From Eledone cirrhosa (taxonomy: Eukaryota), in assembly GCA_964016885.1 (NCBI GenBank), contig OZ024740.1, positions 96,782,001 to 96,846,000 on the forward strand: a stretch of DNA of 64,000 bases, read 5' to 3'. The position numbers were made by a program, and so were the translations under genes. Shown piece by piece: positions 1 to 13,304 of this stretch (positions are counted from its first letter, which is position 1; every line of letters starts with the position of its first letter). Below the pieces are notes generated by a model. The model had not been told where the DNA came from and did no database searches. It saw only the letters and a list, made by a program, of their open reading frames with translations.

Positions 1-1305
1 CGTTTGGAAGTGACGACAGCTTCTTAAACTCCAGCGGGTGTGTTGCATTGTTCTTGAAGGGGACAATCTTCAGGCGTTCGGCAAGAGCATCCTTGTGGGG
101 TGCTGCCTTTAGGGTTTTTGGTGATGTGGACCTTCATATTCTAGGCGCAGGAGTATCGTAGTTTTACCCTGTGTCTGAAACAAATGGAGCAGTATTGGTG
201 ACTTATGGGAAAGTGAGCTAAACATTTTTTCCTACATTAGATTTAACGTTGAGGGAGAATGGGGCAGAGAACAAAATAGTTTTTCTATTGGTACGATTTC
301 TTTTCTTATTGCTGTTGTTGTTAGCGGGGGAGTAAGTAATTGGTTGCGAGAGGCCGCTGTTAGCTAACGGCGCGTTATAGTAAGGGTTCGCTCTGTCAAA
401 GATTCCTTTATTAGAGGAGAGGTTTGAGATTCAGTAACGATATTATTCACAAAGTTTCTAAAACCAGTAGGAGGGTAGAATCTGTACTTGTGTATGTAAT
501 TAAGTTTTCCATTAAGGTCATGGAAACGTCTGAAGGTTTGTGTGTGCGAAGGTCTAAATTTATGTCTAGGTAATCTACTCTAGAGAAGTTGGTAGATACC
601 ATTATCCTAAGTCCTAACTCATTAAAAGTAGAAATCAAATCTGTTTTAAATCGGTCCTGGTCATGACTACTTTTATAGCTCGATAGGGTCAGACCATCGT
701 CGCGGTATAATCGCGTGTGGAAGTCCGGGAATCTAGTACGTAATATATCTAAAATAAATAAGCCAACCAAGTCGCTTACGGCAGCACCATCGAACTATCC
801 CTTCGAAACGTCGAATAGTTCTAAAGTAGATGATTTCTTTGTCCAGGCTACTCCGTTGTTGAGGAGGAGGTTTTTCCAGAAGTCTGTGAGGATATCTCTG
901 TCTAAATCATGGACGGTAGTGTAAGTGGTAGCAAAGTCCAGCACTTTGACAAACTGGTTCACTGAGATCGATGGGCAAAAATCCACAATTTCGAATTGCG
1001 TGAACTTCCCTTTTTTGGAGTTGAAGGAGTTAAACCACTTAATGACGGTGTCGCTGTTCTCCCACTGGGACAGGATGGACTTGGTCCTAATGGTCTTAAC
1101 TATTTTCCTAATTATAGCCTTACTGACTAGTCCCATTTCCGTGCGTGCCGGGTTTAGTAGTCTAAACTTGGGATTAGAAGCAAATTCTATGTTGTTATCC
1201 TTCAGGGTGAGAAACGCCTCCCGCTTAGCTAAGCATTGTAACTTCTACTCCAACTTAAGAGCAGCAGCAAGGTATGTGGCTTCTGTATTGATGTTGTGTA
1301 GGCAT
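1..1305 (-). mobile_element. Penelope-like retroelement RT region, frameshifted, runs off the window edge
   Basis: ORFs 795-1136 and 447-770 give FEIVDFCPSI, then VGLFIL..LYRDDGL..VDYLDINLDL. Downstream frames give RKTILFSAPFSLNVKSNVG, typical of a PLE RT and thumb region. Confidence 0.85.
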
Positions 1306-1319
1306 AACTACCTCGTCAA

Positions 1320-1645
1320 AACGATACCTCACATCATTCACGTTTGGTGAACATAGCTTTGGTCGGAAGACTTTGGAGTACTCAGACGGTGTCAAAAGTT
1401 CATTGGGTGTTTCAATCCTCAACCTAACACCCTCTTGTTGATTGGTCAGCCGTGATGGTCACACTACTGTTTGTCATCACCTCATAGCTTCCATCTTATC
1501 TCCTTTGTCTTTCTCCAAAGCCACCAAGATGTCATTTCTACTGCTTGCCCCATCCTTCAAAATGCAGCCTTCATCACTTTTCCTCTCATTCCTAGGGCAG
1601 TGAGCATTTGTCATACATTTTGAGATGGGAAACCACACATTTCCT
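1320..1645 (-). mobile_element. 3' end of a restriction-like-endonuclease LINE, HERO-like
   Basis: Minus-strand translation GFPSQNV*QMLTALGMRGKVMKAAF*RMGQAVEMTSWWLWRK resembles HERO C-termini. The following UTR contains GAGGGTGT...GAAACACCCAATGA. Confidence 0.55.
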
Positions 1646-2405
1646 CCCATGGAACGGAGCGTTCAATTAGGATTATCTAATATATACTTTCACACAAAAG
1701 TACTACATCTAGCCACATGGATGATTGAACAATCCGGATGAACAGCAATATCTAATGAACATGATAGGTTTGTGTGTAGCTCTGTAAATATATAGAATGT
1801 AAGTGAATGATAAATTAGTAATCATGCTTGTGCACAGATGTATGTATGTGTGTGCGCTATATTCAGTCTATGTGCATGTATAGATGAGACGTATTAATGT
1901 ATGTAGTCAATGACGTTTATAATGGATATGAAAGTGACCTATTCAGTTACGGTCAAATTTGGGGAATGTTAGGGTTCTACTTGCTACACCTCAATGCGCT
2001 GGTCATACCAAAGAAGGAAAGCATCCACGGCAAAAAACGAAAAGCTGTTAAGTGTGATAACGGGATGTGAGACAGCCATTGTGTCAACTCACAACACAGA
2101 CTGGGAGGTGGAATAAAGCGTGAGTTATTTCAACAACTTTTAGGTAACATCTGAATTGATGCTGTAAACTGCGATTAGTCTCTCCACTAAAAATAAGACG
2201 TTAAAACAGCATATATATGTATGTATGATTATATGTATGGATCTATGTATGTATCGAAAACTATAATGATCCCCAGAAAGCTGTTGAGTGGGAATTTTCA
2301 ATGTCTTGTCTGCTCCACGATCTCTGTTTCTTAATTCATGCCGCGTGGTTTTTACTGATAACAATATATAAGAAGAGAGATAGATATACTATTCGTCATT
2401 TGACT

Positions 2406-2579
<174 letters not shown>

Positions 2580-3480
2580 TATTGAAATTTCCGTTGAAAA
2601 CAGAAAAGGTCATAGAAGTGAAGAGTGCTCTATGTAAGTACCAGAGCAAAATGTAATGTATAAAAATCAATACAATATAATTACCTCATTACCAGAGGTT
2701 TCCGGAATGAGGCGAATACGAAAGAAACGTCTTCATTCGTTTGTCAGACGAGGCAATATAAAACATGGCTAAATACTTGGAAAGTCTCATCGAGAAAAGC
2801 AAAAAAAATTATATAAATATAGACAAATGAATTACAATAGCCACATGAAATATATAAAAATATTTCAAGAAATATAGTTAGGTGTGTGTATATGTATGTA
2901 TATACGCTCACAGATGTACATATATGTGTATGTACAAATGTATACGTAGAGTGAAAAAGTGTGCGTAAATATATGTGTAAACTACAGAAAGACATGATGT
3001 GGTTTTCCGTTTGGCAGGTACACAGAAAAAATAGGGTATTAGATACATTATAAGAATATGAAGGCACGCGTATAAACACACCCACACGCACGTACACTTA
3101 TATGCGGAAGTAAAAGAGGTAAGGGAGTGTAATAATTAAAAGAAAGTATCATTCTCGATATATTTATAAAAATGGAACAATAATTTAGAAAGAAAAAATT
3201 AAAGAAAAGAAGACAAACAAGGTACACGCGTACACACACACGTATATGTACAAGAAACGTATATCTATAAGAAATATATATATATACACGTAAAAAACGT
3301 GCAGACAAAAGCGTATGCAAGCACATCTACAAACACAAGAAGCACATATATACGCATATACGCCTCGCCCCATGTATATCTAATCACGCGCACGCACGCG
3401 ACTGTATACACACTCGCACACACATACACAAATATACATGCTTATATACAACGTACACTTACACATCCATACATTCGGTA

Positions 3481-3518
<38 letters not shown>

Positions 3519-4079
3519 TACACTCACGCATATTGACCTGTTTGCATGCACACGCATAAAAATGAGGATGTGAAAAAAAAGGAAGAAGAAAAAAACAAAA
3601 CAAAAAACATAGATGTAAAAACACGAATATAAAGACATATACATACACACACATATATATATATACACGCACGCGCGCGCACATACGGAGGCGCTCGTGT
3701 ACATATATAGAAAGTATACACACATTAAGGCGTTCAGACACATAGATACAGGGTGTAAAAGACTTGTGGATAAGTAAGTACAAATATAAAATTATAAGAT
3801 TGGCTGCGAAAAAATAAAAAAATAAAAATAAAAAATATCTGTAATGGAAAACGCAAGTGACCAGTTTAATCAGTTAGTGAAGAAAATATGGAAGTAAAAA
3901 GTGGAAAGTGAAGATATTAGGTAAGTGAATCGGAGAATAAGGGGGGGGGGGATGGATGTGAACAAATATAAAAATAAAAATAAAAATAAAAATAAAAATA
4001 AAAATAAAAATGAAATTAATAATAAGGATAAAAATGAGAGTAAATCAGAAAGGGTAGTTATAAAGAGAATAATAAGACT

Positions 4080-4556
4080 TTATGGAGGATAATTATCTGA
4101 AAGTGTGTTAAGTTTATATGAGCTGGGAAGCAGGTGTGATTTCATGTGTGGGCAACTGGTGAACATGTCCGTCTTTGTGTTCAGGCAGGTCTTTGGTGAT
4201 TTAAGATTTTGCAAGATCCAATATCTTTCATTTATGCAGAGCGTGCATTTTCTTGTTCCTCTTGCATATTCTTTAGATTGGTTCAAAATTGACCAATCCA
4301 ATTTATATTAGATACCTTGGTCTTTCAAATCCCATATTCTGCTAGCCAGAGCTGTTGTAAATTTTTTTTCTGGATGTCGAAAGGATGCAACATGTGAGTA
4401 ATAACGCGTTTTGAATTTGTCTTGCGTCATACCCACATATCGTTCACTGGTGGCTGGATGGTTGTTGCTGATGGTTGTCACTTTAGCCGCATATACAATG
4501 GCTTTGGTGTTGCATTTACCTTGTAATGGGCATTCCCTTTTGATTCTACAGGAGCA
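4080..4556 (-). mobile_element. PLE GIY-YIG endonuclease fragment, 5'-truncated at a TA run
   Basis: Translates as CSCRIKRECPLQGKC (CxC-x5-C-x5-C linker), AIVYAAKV...YVGMTQDKFKTRYYSH, WSIL, CTLCINE, LN..FTSCPH, with one in-frame stop. Confidence 0.85.
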
Positions 4557-5561
4557 TACATATATATATGGAAAATATCCACATTAACACGACTCACTAT
4601 TTCAATTTAAGAACATAAATATTTGAACACAATTTGGATTTCAACCGGTGTATGTGTGTGCGTGTGTGCTTGTGGATGTGTGTGCATGTGTTTATGTATG
4701 TTATAGTGAAAACCAGACTGTGCCCTGGTTTGATCAAATTTTAAGGATTTCATTATTACATTTTTTGTTTCAAGTAGAACAATAATGTTCCTAATTATAT
4801 GTGTATTAACGTTCTGGGGCTTTCACTGGCTCATTTTCAAAATCTGAATTATCATACAAGTGGCATATTAGGCACCTGCTTAACAGTGGTTGTATAGTAT
4901 CATGGCTTTCTAACAAATAATGGACGCCTGATCTGAAATTTATCAAAAGTTGAAGTATTACACTTATAATTCTGTTCCCGTATGTTCGATATCGGTTTTA
5001 AATCCTGATTTATATGTTGATGATAGTAACGCTCCATAATTATTCGCCTTAATATAAGTCGAATTATATATAGACTGATAGAGCTATTAGCTAGGGTTGT
5101 TCTATTGAAGTTGGCATCCGTTTCTTCGTATCCTTATTCACTGTCTTTCACGTATGGCGTTGTCATTCTTACCGTCAGGTATACAGAGAACAGAGCGACA
5201 GGATACCTGTAAGCAACGTTGCTTGTGTTGCTCAATTACTATGTAAAATAAATAAATACAATTACAAAATGCATTATTGCTAGTAAAAGCAAAATCGATA
5301 CGTAGCTGTGACCTCTAAAATGTATATTCGTGTATATATATATATATGAATTCGTTTCTGAATATATTCAAAATGAACTCTCCTTCTTCCTACTTGAATG
5401 ACGACGTCAAATGGACGGAGTCCTACATCCACAATGTTGATCGATTTTCAAAACTCAGCAGCTGTCGTATTTTTGTAAGTGTGGTATCGATCAAATCTAT
5501 CCAAAGAATAACGCCATAGAAGAATCAGGGGAGATAGGAAGAGAGTGAAGGAAATGAGAGA

Positions 5562-5654
<93 letters not shown>

Positions 5655-5855
5655 GCGGAGAGAGAGAGATAGTGAGAAACGTAAACCAAATCCATTTAAA
5701 CACCAAAATGTGATAATTAGTGTGGACATAAGTGATTGAATAAATATAAACAGAAAAATTTCATTTCCCCTAAAGGCGAATGAATACATAATCTAAGGAA
5801 TATACATATTGATGCCAGAAACACATATGCTACTCTCCACTCATATGTTCGATGA

Positions 5856-5966
<111 letters not shown>

Positions 5967-6003
5967 ATTAAATAAATGGAAACTATATTTATGAAACCAT
6001 ATT

Positions 6004-6064
6004 TATTCTATTATATATATTTCAAGGGTACCAAAACGTTGGTACGCTTTCATCAAATAAAATA
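6004..6064 (-). ncRNA. Type I minimal hammerhead ribozyme with a C3->U core change
   Basis: Minus strand reads tattttat-TTGATGA-aagcgtacca/tggtaccctt-GAAA-tatata-TA-atagaata: 8-bp stem I, 9/10-bp stem II, palindromic stem III. It lies 3' of the PLE ORF. Confidence 0.6.
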
Positions 6065-7735
6065 CAAAGTTTGCTTTATAAATTTTGACATAACGACGAA
6101 AAGATACCTTAACGGTTCAAGTTTTCCTTGAATAGTGAAGGGATAATAGAAGAAAAGTCAGATATTTCAAATTATTAACATGAGTATGCAAATGAGGTTG
6201 AGGTATAGGGCTGAAAAAAACGTTATTTTTAGAAGCTATGCAGAATTAGGGTATATGTATGTATGAGTAGGAAGAAGAAAAAAGGAAGAAGAGCTTGTAT
6301 GTGAAAAGGTAAAATATTAGAAATATAAAAAAAATTAAGAAGGATGATCATTTAAAACAAATTACATTTAAATCTTTAAAGATGTATAAGATATAGTCAA
6401 GTGTAATGAATATCATAAATTAAAAATACTTCTGAAAGTGAAATTTTGGCGATGTCTGCAAGAAGAAAATAATTCTGTTTTAAAACTAATAGAGGTTTGA
6501 TAGTTAATTATATTTTTAAAAAAGTCCTCGGTGCACAAGTTACAGAAGCTTGAGAAGTCCATTTTTCTGCATGCAAGTGCTTTCGAAATCGTTCCCCAAG
6601 ATATTGAATAGTCTATATTGTTTCTTTTAAGTTCCAAATTAAATGTGAAAGTGAAGTGGAAGACTTGTTATCGGATCTCTTAAATGTGTGTTTATGTGTG
6701 TACTAGCGTTCTTTGAATTTTGTAGAAGTGGCACCAATATTGTTAAATACTTTGTCTCTAGTTTTAACTGTGCATCTATAAATTACGTGTTTGTCTAAGC
6801 AATTATTTTGTAAAGGGCAGTTTGATTTAATTCTAGAGTTACATTTTCTGGAGTTGTTGTTCGGAACAGTACTATTATTCTGAATATTTTTGTTAGAAAT
6901 ATTATTATTGCTATTTTGGTTAGTTTGGTTAAGGTGTAAATTTAAGTTTCTATTATTAATTCTATTTATATTTTGTACTATGTTCATAGTAATAGAGTAG
7001 GATAATTTTATAGTGTGTCTGTTAAAAATAGAGTGGTATATGTGGGCTTTAGGAAAACATTTATCTAGTGCTTTAAAGAATAGCTTTGCTAAAGGTATTT
7101 TAACGCTTAATGAGAATGGGGGAGAGTACCAAATAATATTTCTAGTTCTATTTTGTTTTTGTTTCGTTTAGTGTTTAAGTTAAATTGATTATTATTATTA
7201 TAATTAATTCTAGGATGATTAGTCATGTTATTTTTATTTATGTATTTAATGTTATCCTTCTCTATGAAAAGCTTCATTGTAATATTCTGCCTTATCATCA
7301 AAAATATTTTTATTAGCAGAGATGCGTTAAATCTGTTGTTGGACGCTAGTGACAATAATGTTTTTAATCTTTCTATGATGATTATAATTGAAACTTACGT
7401 AATTTAGATTTTCGTTAATTCTATGGAATGGATATTTAAGATCTGTGCTAAGGTTTAAGGGTACATCTAAGAAGTTAACGATGTTATAATAATTCTCTAT
7501 TTCCAAATTAAGGTTGTAGTTGTTGAAAAATTGTATTATGGATTTCCTTTTCATATTAATTTCAATTTTGCTATGGTTTTCAATTAAAAGTAACATATCG
7601 TCACGATATAAACCTCCGGTCATCTCTGGCATTTCCCTATGCAGTACATTATTAATAAATAATCCAACGAGGTCCGTTACTTGCGCCGAGTCAGAGGATC
7701 CCATAGTGATATCAAAAATGTCATATATATATATA
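6004..7735 (-). mobile_element. 5'-truncated Penelope-like element: RT C-half, GIY-YIG, 3' region with HHR
   Basis: FDITMGSSDSAQVTDLVGLFI..GLYRDDML..VNFLDV (7327-7740); CPLQNNC..VIYRCTV..NIGATSTKFKER (6703-6987); CNLC..ELFSSCRH (6413-6637). It sits between TA runs. Confidence 0.9.
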
Positions 7736-7837
7736 AGCAAAAGGGATATTGAATGTGTTGGTAATTCAAAAAATATAAATGTTTATAACTGATTCAGAGC
7801 ACTCGACTAGTTTTCCGGAGTATAATATTCAATGATA

Positions 7838-7913
<76 letters not shown>

Positions 7914-7916
<3 letters not shown>

Positions 7917-9204
7917 GGTGGGGCATAATTCCTGTTACAAAGTTTTAAATCAATTTAAAAATGCATTATGTTGCTATTATAACTAATATATTTGTCTCAA
8001 ATCCATGCACTATAACCATATTAACTATTTTTCAGAACATTACGCCATTAACAATTTGCAACGTCCATAGAATTGAAAAGAAAGTTCATAATAGAGAAGC
8101 ATGAAAAAGGCCTGACTCCACCCGAGCTATTTAAACTGGGGAAAATTCTTAAGATCAATAGAATGTTGATCAAAAGGACAATCGATCGATTTAAAGAAAC
8201 TTCCTCAATCAAAGACAGACCTTAATCCTGACGCCCTCGCACCTCAAGAACACCAAAACTCGTTAAAATTGTGAGGGAAAAAATAAGACATAATCCATGA
8301 GAAAAATGGCAGAAGAAGCTGAAACATCGCCGAAAACTATGCGGAGGATATGTGGAGATGATCTGTGGATGTCACCCTATAAGTTCCAAAAGAGGCAGCT
8401 TCTTTCTGCAGCCAAAATTGAAAAGAGGCTCTCCAGAAGTAAACTGTTATTGAACCGTATCAAGGATGGCACGCTGCAAAACATCATCTTTACAGATGAG
8501 AATTTATTCACTGTGCACCAGTCTCACCATCACCAAAATGATGGAGTACTTGCAAAAAGTCTCAAATCAATTCCTTCAAGTGTAGGAAGAGTGTTCAGAA
8601 CACAGAAACCAGCATCAGTGATTGTTTGGGCAGCCATTTCTGAAAGAGGGAAGTCTCCTCTGTTTTTTGTGCCTCAAGGAGTTAAAATTAACAAATAAAT
8701 TTACATGAAGGATATTTTGGAAGGAGCACTGATGCCATGACGCACATCTGTTTATGGCGATGACATTTCGACTCTCCAACAAGATGGAGTGACGAGCCAC
8801 ACTGCTCGCGTAACACAACAGTGTTGTAGAGACCATTGTCCTGCATGGATTAGTAAGGGAGAGTGGCCTCCCACATCACGAGATCTCAACCCTCTCGATT
8901 TTTCTTTATGGTCAATTCTTGAGAGTGAAGCCTGCTCTACTCCTAGCCAAAATATTGAAACATTAAAATCAAAGCTGAATAAAGTATGGGAGAAAATAAA
9001 CATGGACACTTTTCGTGCAACCATCGAAGACTTTCCTAGAAGACTTCGAGCAGTAGTGAGAGCTAGAGGAAAGTATTTCGAATAAATTTTTGTGAAGTTG
9101 TTTAATAGTACATTTTTTACTATTTGTTGAAGTCAGATCTAGAAATAAATGTTTTTTTCAAGAACTATTTGCATTGCATTTTGTAACAGTTGTTATGCCC
9201 CACC

Positions 9205-9207
<3 letters not shown>
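7914..9207 (+). mobile_element. Full-length Tc1/mariner DNA transposon, DD37D (maT) family, inactivated
   Basis: TIRs CAGGGTGGGGCATAA..CTGTTACAAA at both ends, with TA flanks inside a (TA)n tract. Motifs IIFTDE, QQDG and WPPTSRDLNPLDFSLW; 37 residues counted between the 2nd and 3rd Asp. Confidence 0.93.
8060..9085 (+). pseudogene. DD37D transposase pseudogene
   Basis: Split into ORFs 8297-8698 and 8789-9085 by stops; the HTH region upstream is also disrupted. Start is approximate. Confidence 0.85.
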
Positions 9208-9261
<54 letters not shown>

Positions 9262-9544
9262 TGTTTGAGTGTGTGTGTTCGTGTGTTAGTGTGTGAATTT
9301 TCTAAATTGAATCAACAAGAAATGCTGAGAGAAACCACAGTACAAATTAGAATATGTTTATAATATTGATGCAGTAAAGAGGATAGATGTATTTTGATAC
9401 TAGGAATTCAGCAGAAGTATGGCACATCCAATAATTATTATGCATAAAATGATTCATTCAGATATTATACATAATTTCAAATTCTACTGTTTAAAACTAT
9501 ATAACATTATTTAAATGATGGTTTTGACGGTAATGCATGCAGCG

Positions 9545-9799
9545 AGTTGAGTGGGTGCTTATCCTGGTGTTATGGAGTGAAGCAACTGAGAGTACATACT
9601 CACCCCTGGACAGGACGCCATGCATCGCAGAGTTAAACCCCCAGCTATTGCTGGAACTCATTTCCAGCTGAGTATACTGGAGCAATGTGAAATGAACTGT
9701 TTTTGCTCAAGAAAACAACACGCAACCCATCCCAGGATTCGAACCCACGACATTACGATAAACATTCCAACACCCTTTCCACTAGGCCACATGACTCAC
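9545..9799 (-). mobile_element. tRNA-derived SINE with a conserved central domain (Meta/CORE-like)
   Basis: Minus strand has A box TGGCCTAGTGG, B box GGTTCGAATCC, then TTCTTGAGCAA..TTCACATTGCTCCAG..CTCAGCTG. A degenerate relative lies at ~45340-45520. Confidence 0.75.
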
Positions 9800-10901
9800 G
9801 TAATTTGCATCATCAATTCGATAAAAACGAGATAACATATGACTAGTTTATTGAATGTTTTCCTCCTGGTTGTCTTAGGTGAAAATACTAATTTTATAAT
9901 GCAGTTTAATATATATTATTCAGAACTCAATTATTGGCAAGGTTTCTCGAGCATTTAAATTTAGGGAAATGATTACTCAATTGTTTATCTATCTATAAAA
10001 CATATATTAGGATAGTTTTATTTCAGGTAACTCTATATTATTTTAGCTTTGTAAATGTAGGCTGTGGGAATTTTATTATTTATAAAATATGGAGGAATGT
10101 GCCTAACTATTCGGGTTTCTTTTAGTAAGTATTAGCACCAGGCTTCAATATTGTACGATTTTCTTTTCCTTCCAATGTCCACAATTAATCCCAACCTCTG
10201 GCTTTCGGAAACAATCTGATTTTCTCATGGATTTTAAATTTCATATTGTATCCAAATATATTTTATTTTAGCCAACAAACAATTGTACATTGCCGTTTTG
10301 ATTTCCACAACTCAATGTAGTAGTGTAATTCCGTATCTCTGCTGAAATATTCCTTCTATCATTTCTATGTACCTATTTCATGTCAGTAGTTCAGGTCATA
10401 GATTTCTTATTACACTAGTTACATTTTTTAATTACATGTGCAGTTCTTATCTGTGAGTCATTGTCTACTTGTTTCTCATATATCGTTAATAGATTATGAA
10501 AAAATCTCGGAAACAGAGATATTGATATTTAATATTTTATTTATTAATTATAGTTAATAATGTTAAAGCGTGTTAAGATCGGCAGTCTCAACTTAACGAA
10601 ATCCATATACTGGATTATTCATATCAACTATCCTATCGCTGAAGGAACCCAGTCATTGAAATAATATTTCCTGTCAGTTGGCGTCCTGTACATACCAAAT
10701 GGAAAGTCACATAACATATTTTGTGTGTGAATATACATCCACCAAATAATAAATTTATTGGGTGATACTCACAGAAATTGGTGTCTGATAAAATTATATA
10801 TACATATATGTTTTTCTTTGGATGTTAAATCAAATTGCCACATTCGTACCGGCTGTTAGCGTTCTATGTTCAATGCTTTTCATTAATTCCAGATCAAGTA
10901 T

Positions 10902-11120
10902 GGCGGTGGATTGGCGGTATCGGTAGAGGGTCGGACGCCATGCTTTCAGCATAGAGTTACGGCTCTTTATGATCTGAGATCAAATCCCGCCGACGTTAAA
11001 TTTGCCTTTCATCCTTATGGGGTCGATAAAATAAAGTACCAGTCACGCATTGGGACGATTTAATCGATGCCCCCCCCCAAAAAAATTACTGGCCTTGTGC
11101 CTTTATAAGAAACCATTATT
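10902..11120 (+). mobile_element. tRNA-derived SINE, the dominant family here (family S1)
   Basis: GGCGGTGGATTGGC head, B-box-like GATCAAATCC, core TTTGCCTTTCATCCTT..GGGGTCGATAAAATAAAGTACCAG, tail GGCCTTGTGCC..AGAAACCATTATT. There are about ten copies in the window. Confidence 0.85.
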
Positions 11121-11141
11121 TCCAGATCAAGTTTTCAATAA

Positions 11142-11193
<52 letters not shown>

Positions 11194-11231
11194 GTGTGTG
11201 TGCGTGTGTGTGTGTGTCTAGGGAAAATAAT

Positions 11232-11410
11232 TGTTACTACAATTTGGCACAAAGTCAGGGAAGCAGCAGGTCAATTAAATCGATCTCATTGCGTTACTCT
11301 TACTTTATTTTATTAACCACATCAAGGTGAAAATCAAGGCTACATTCGGCAGGACTTTATCTCTGGGTCGTAACTATACGATGCTCTATTAACACTGCGA
11401 CCCACCGCCA
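11232..11410 (-). mobile_element. Degenerate S1 SINE
   Basis: TTTGGCACAAAG at one end and CCCACCGCCA at the other match the reverse complement of the S1 tail and head. Confidence 0.5.
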
Positions 11411-12155
11411 TGCATACATATTGACAATAATAACGACGTTTTTAATGTGCACCAAATATATATATATATATGTTTTATCTATGAATGCAAATGTTGAATG
11501 CATAAGGAAAAGAAATTCGTCCATACCAAATATTGATTATTATTGATATTGTTGTTGTTGGCCTTATCCCTAAATAACAAAGTCTTATTTGTTACTGTTG
11601 TTATTTTAGATATATGTGGATCAGTAGAAATAATCATGATTATATTTGTGGATTTGTTATAAATGATTTCGTTATGGCTGGCTTCCGAACTTCCATTTTA
11701 ATTTGTGCTAGCGCCGAATATATTTTACACATGTTGTTGTCTATCTGAAAACAGCGCATTTGCTGGTAATGATGCGGAGGCATGAACACAGTAGTTGAAT
11801 TGAAATTTCGCATCTGTTTATAATCATGTACCATATGATGGATTCATTATTGCATTAAATATCACGTGTTCGATCATCAAAATATTGCTTTTGCGGAATA
11901 CATCCCTGTTACAGAATACATGGTTACAGGCAACTACGTTTGGAGCAACATTTGAACGATCATATGAGATGATACTAATTAATAACGATATACAATATTT
12001 GTTTGTATCAAACCTGTATATCTGCATTACATATTTATATGTATACTAGATGAGTACAGACATAATTACGGTTAAACAAATACACACACACACACAAACT
12101 CACAGAGACCGCCAAACACGCGGACATATGTATGTATGTATACTTACATACATAC

Positions 12156-12584
12156 ATGGGGGTTGCCAACTCGTTTTTCGAGTACGGCCACTACGTTATA
12201 TCAATGTAGGAGAACCCCTACCGATGCGCTGAACTAGTGTGACTTTTTAGTCCAGCCAGCGACTTGAAAGCTCTGGTACAAACAGTACACTTGTGACAAT
12301 TATTGACACATAGTGCTGGGCCCATGGTACCATGTGACGACAAGTGCAGAGAGATCTCCAGATATAAAGTAATGTATGTGCTGTGAAGCTTTTATAGTGA
12401 GCAAAGGCATTGCACAAAGCCAGTCTCACTCTCTTAACCAAGATGATATTTACCAAAAAGGAGAACCAGTCAACATCATTGGATACCATCAGGGTTGCAG
12501 GTGTTATATCAGAGTTTTCCTTCTCCTAGAATTCTGCCTTGACAAAGGATAAGGTGTCATCTCTCCCAGTGATTTTGGATGACC
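12156..12584 (-). mobile_element. Non-autonomous RTE-derived element, 5'-truncated
   Basis: Close homolog of 54286-54712. Contains the RTE 5'UTR-type motif CTAGGAGAAGGAAAACTCTG and ends TGGCCGTACTCGAAAAACGAGTTGGCAACCCCCAT plus (GTAT)n. Confidence 0.7.
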
Positions 12585-12665
12585 ATACATACACACATAC
12601 ATACATACATACATACATACATACATACATACATACATACATACATACATACATACATACATACA

Positions 12666-12695
<30 letters not shown>
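12585..12695. repeat. (TACA)n microsatellite
   Basis: Directly visible. Confidence 0.95.
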
Positions 12696-12696
<1 letters not shown>

Positions 12697-13213
12697 CGGG
12701 TCAGTCTTGAGTGCTACTGGTAACACGTAACACAGTACAACCTGTCGCATTGTCAGGTCCTCGGCCACTAAACCGGCAACCCCACCAAGTTTATTTGGTG
12801 AGGTGGACAACCTGCAGGACCAAAAACAAAACCTGACAAAGGGCGGAAGAACTCATAAGAGTCAACGGTCGTCTAAAAGTGTGTAAATATGTATATACAA
12901 ATGTACCGCGCGGTTAAACCACTGGAATGAAGGACCCCTAGCCTTTGTCTGGGCATTCTTCTAGGAGAAGACAACTCAGGGAACTGGGATAACTCCGATG
13001 TAAAACGTGCGGCTCAGTAGTTACTGATGATGTTGATATTTTCTTATTTTCGGGTTATAGCTAATGTCGCTCAGAGAGTGGGATTGGCTCAGTGCACAGT
13101 CTTTCCTCACTTTAATAAATATCTTCACGTACTGGTATTGCACGATAGAATGAATTAATAATTATAATGGTATATCCTGCAATGGCCATGCTCGATAACG
13201 AGGTGCAGCCATC

Positions 13214-13214
<1 letters not shown>
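12696..13214 (+). mobile_element. Second non-autonomous RTE-derived element (~520 bp)
   Basis: Shares AAAACAAAACCTG.CAAAGGGC..AAGAGTCAA and CCCTAGCCTTTGTC..CTAGGAGAAG with the 54.3-54.8 kb copy. Ends TGGCCATGCTCGATAACGAGGTGCAGCCATCAT plus (TA)n, like the RTE LINE end at ~61890. Confidence 0.65.
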
Positions 13215-13304
<90 letters not shown>

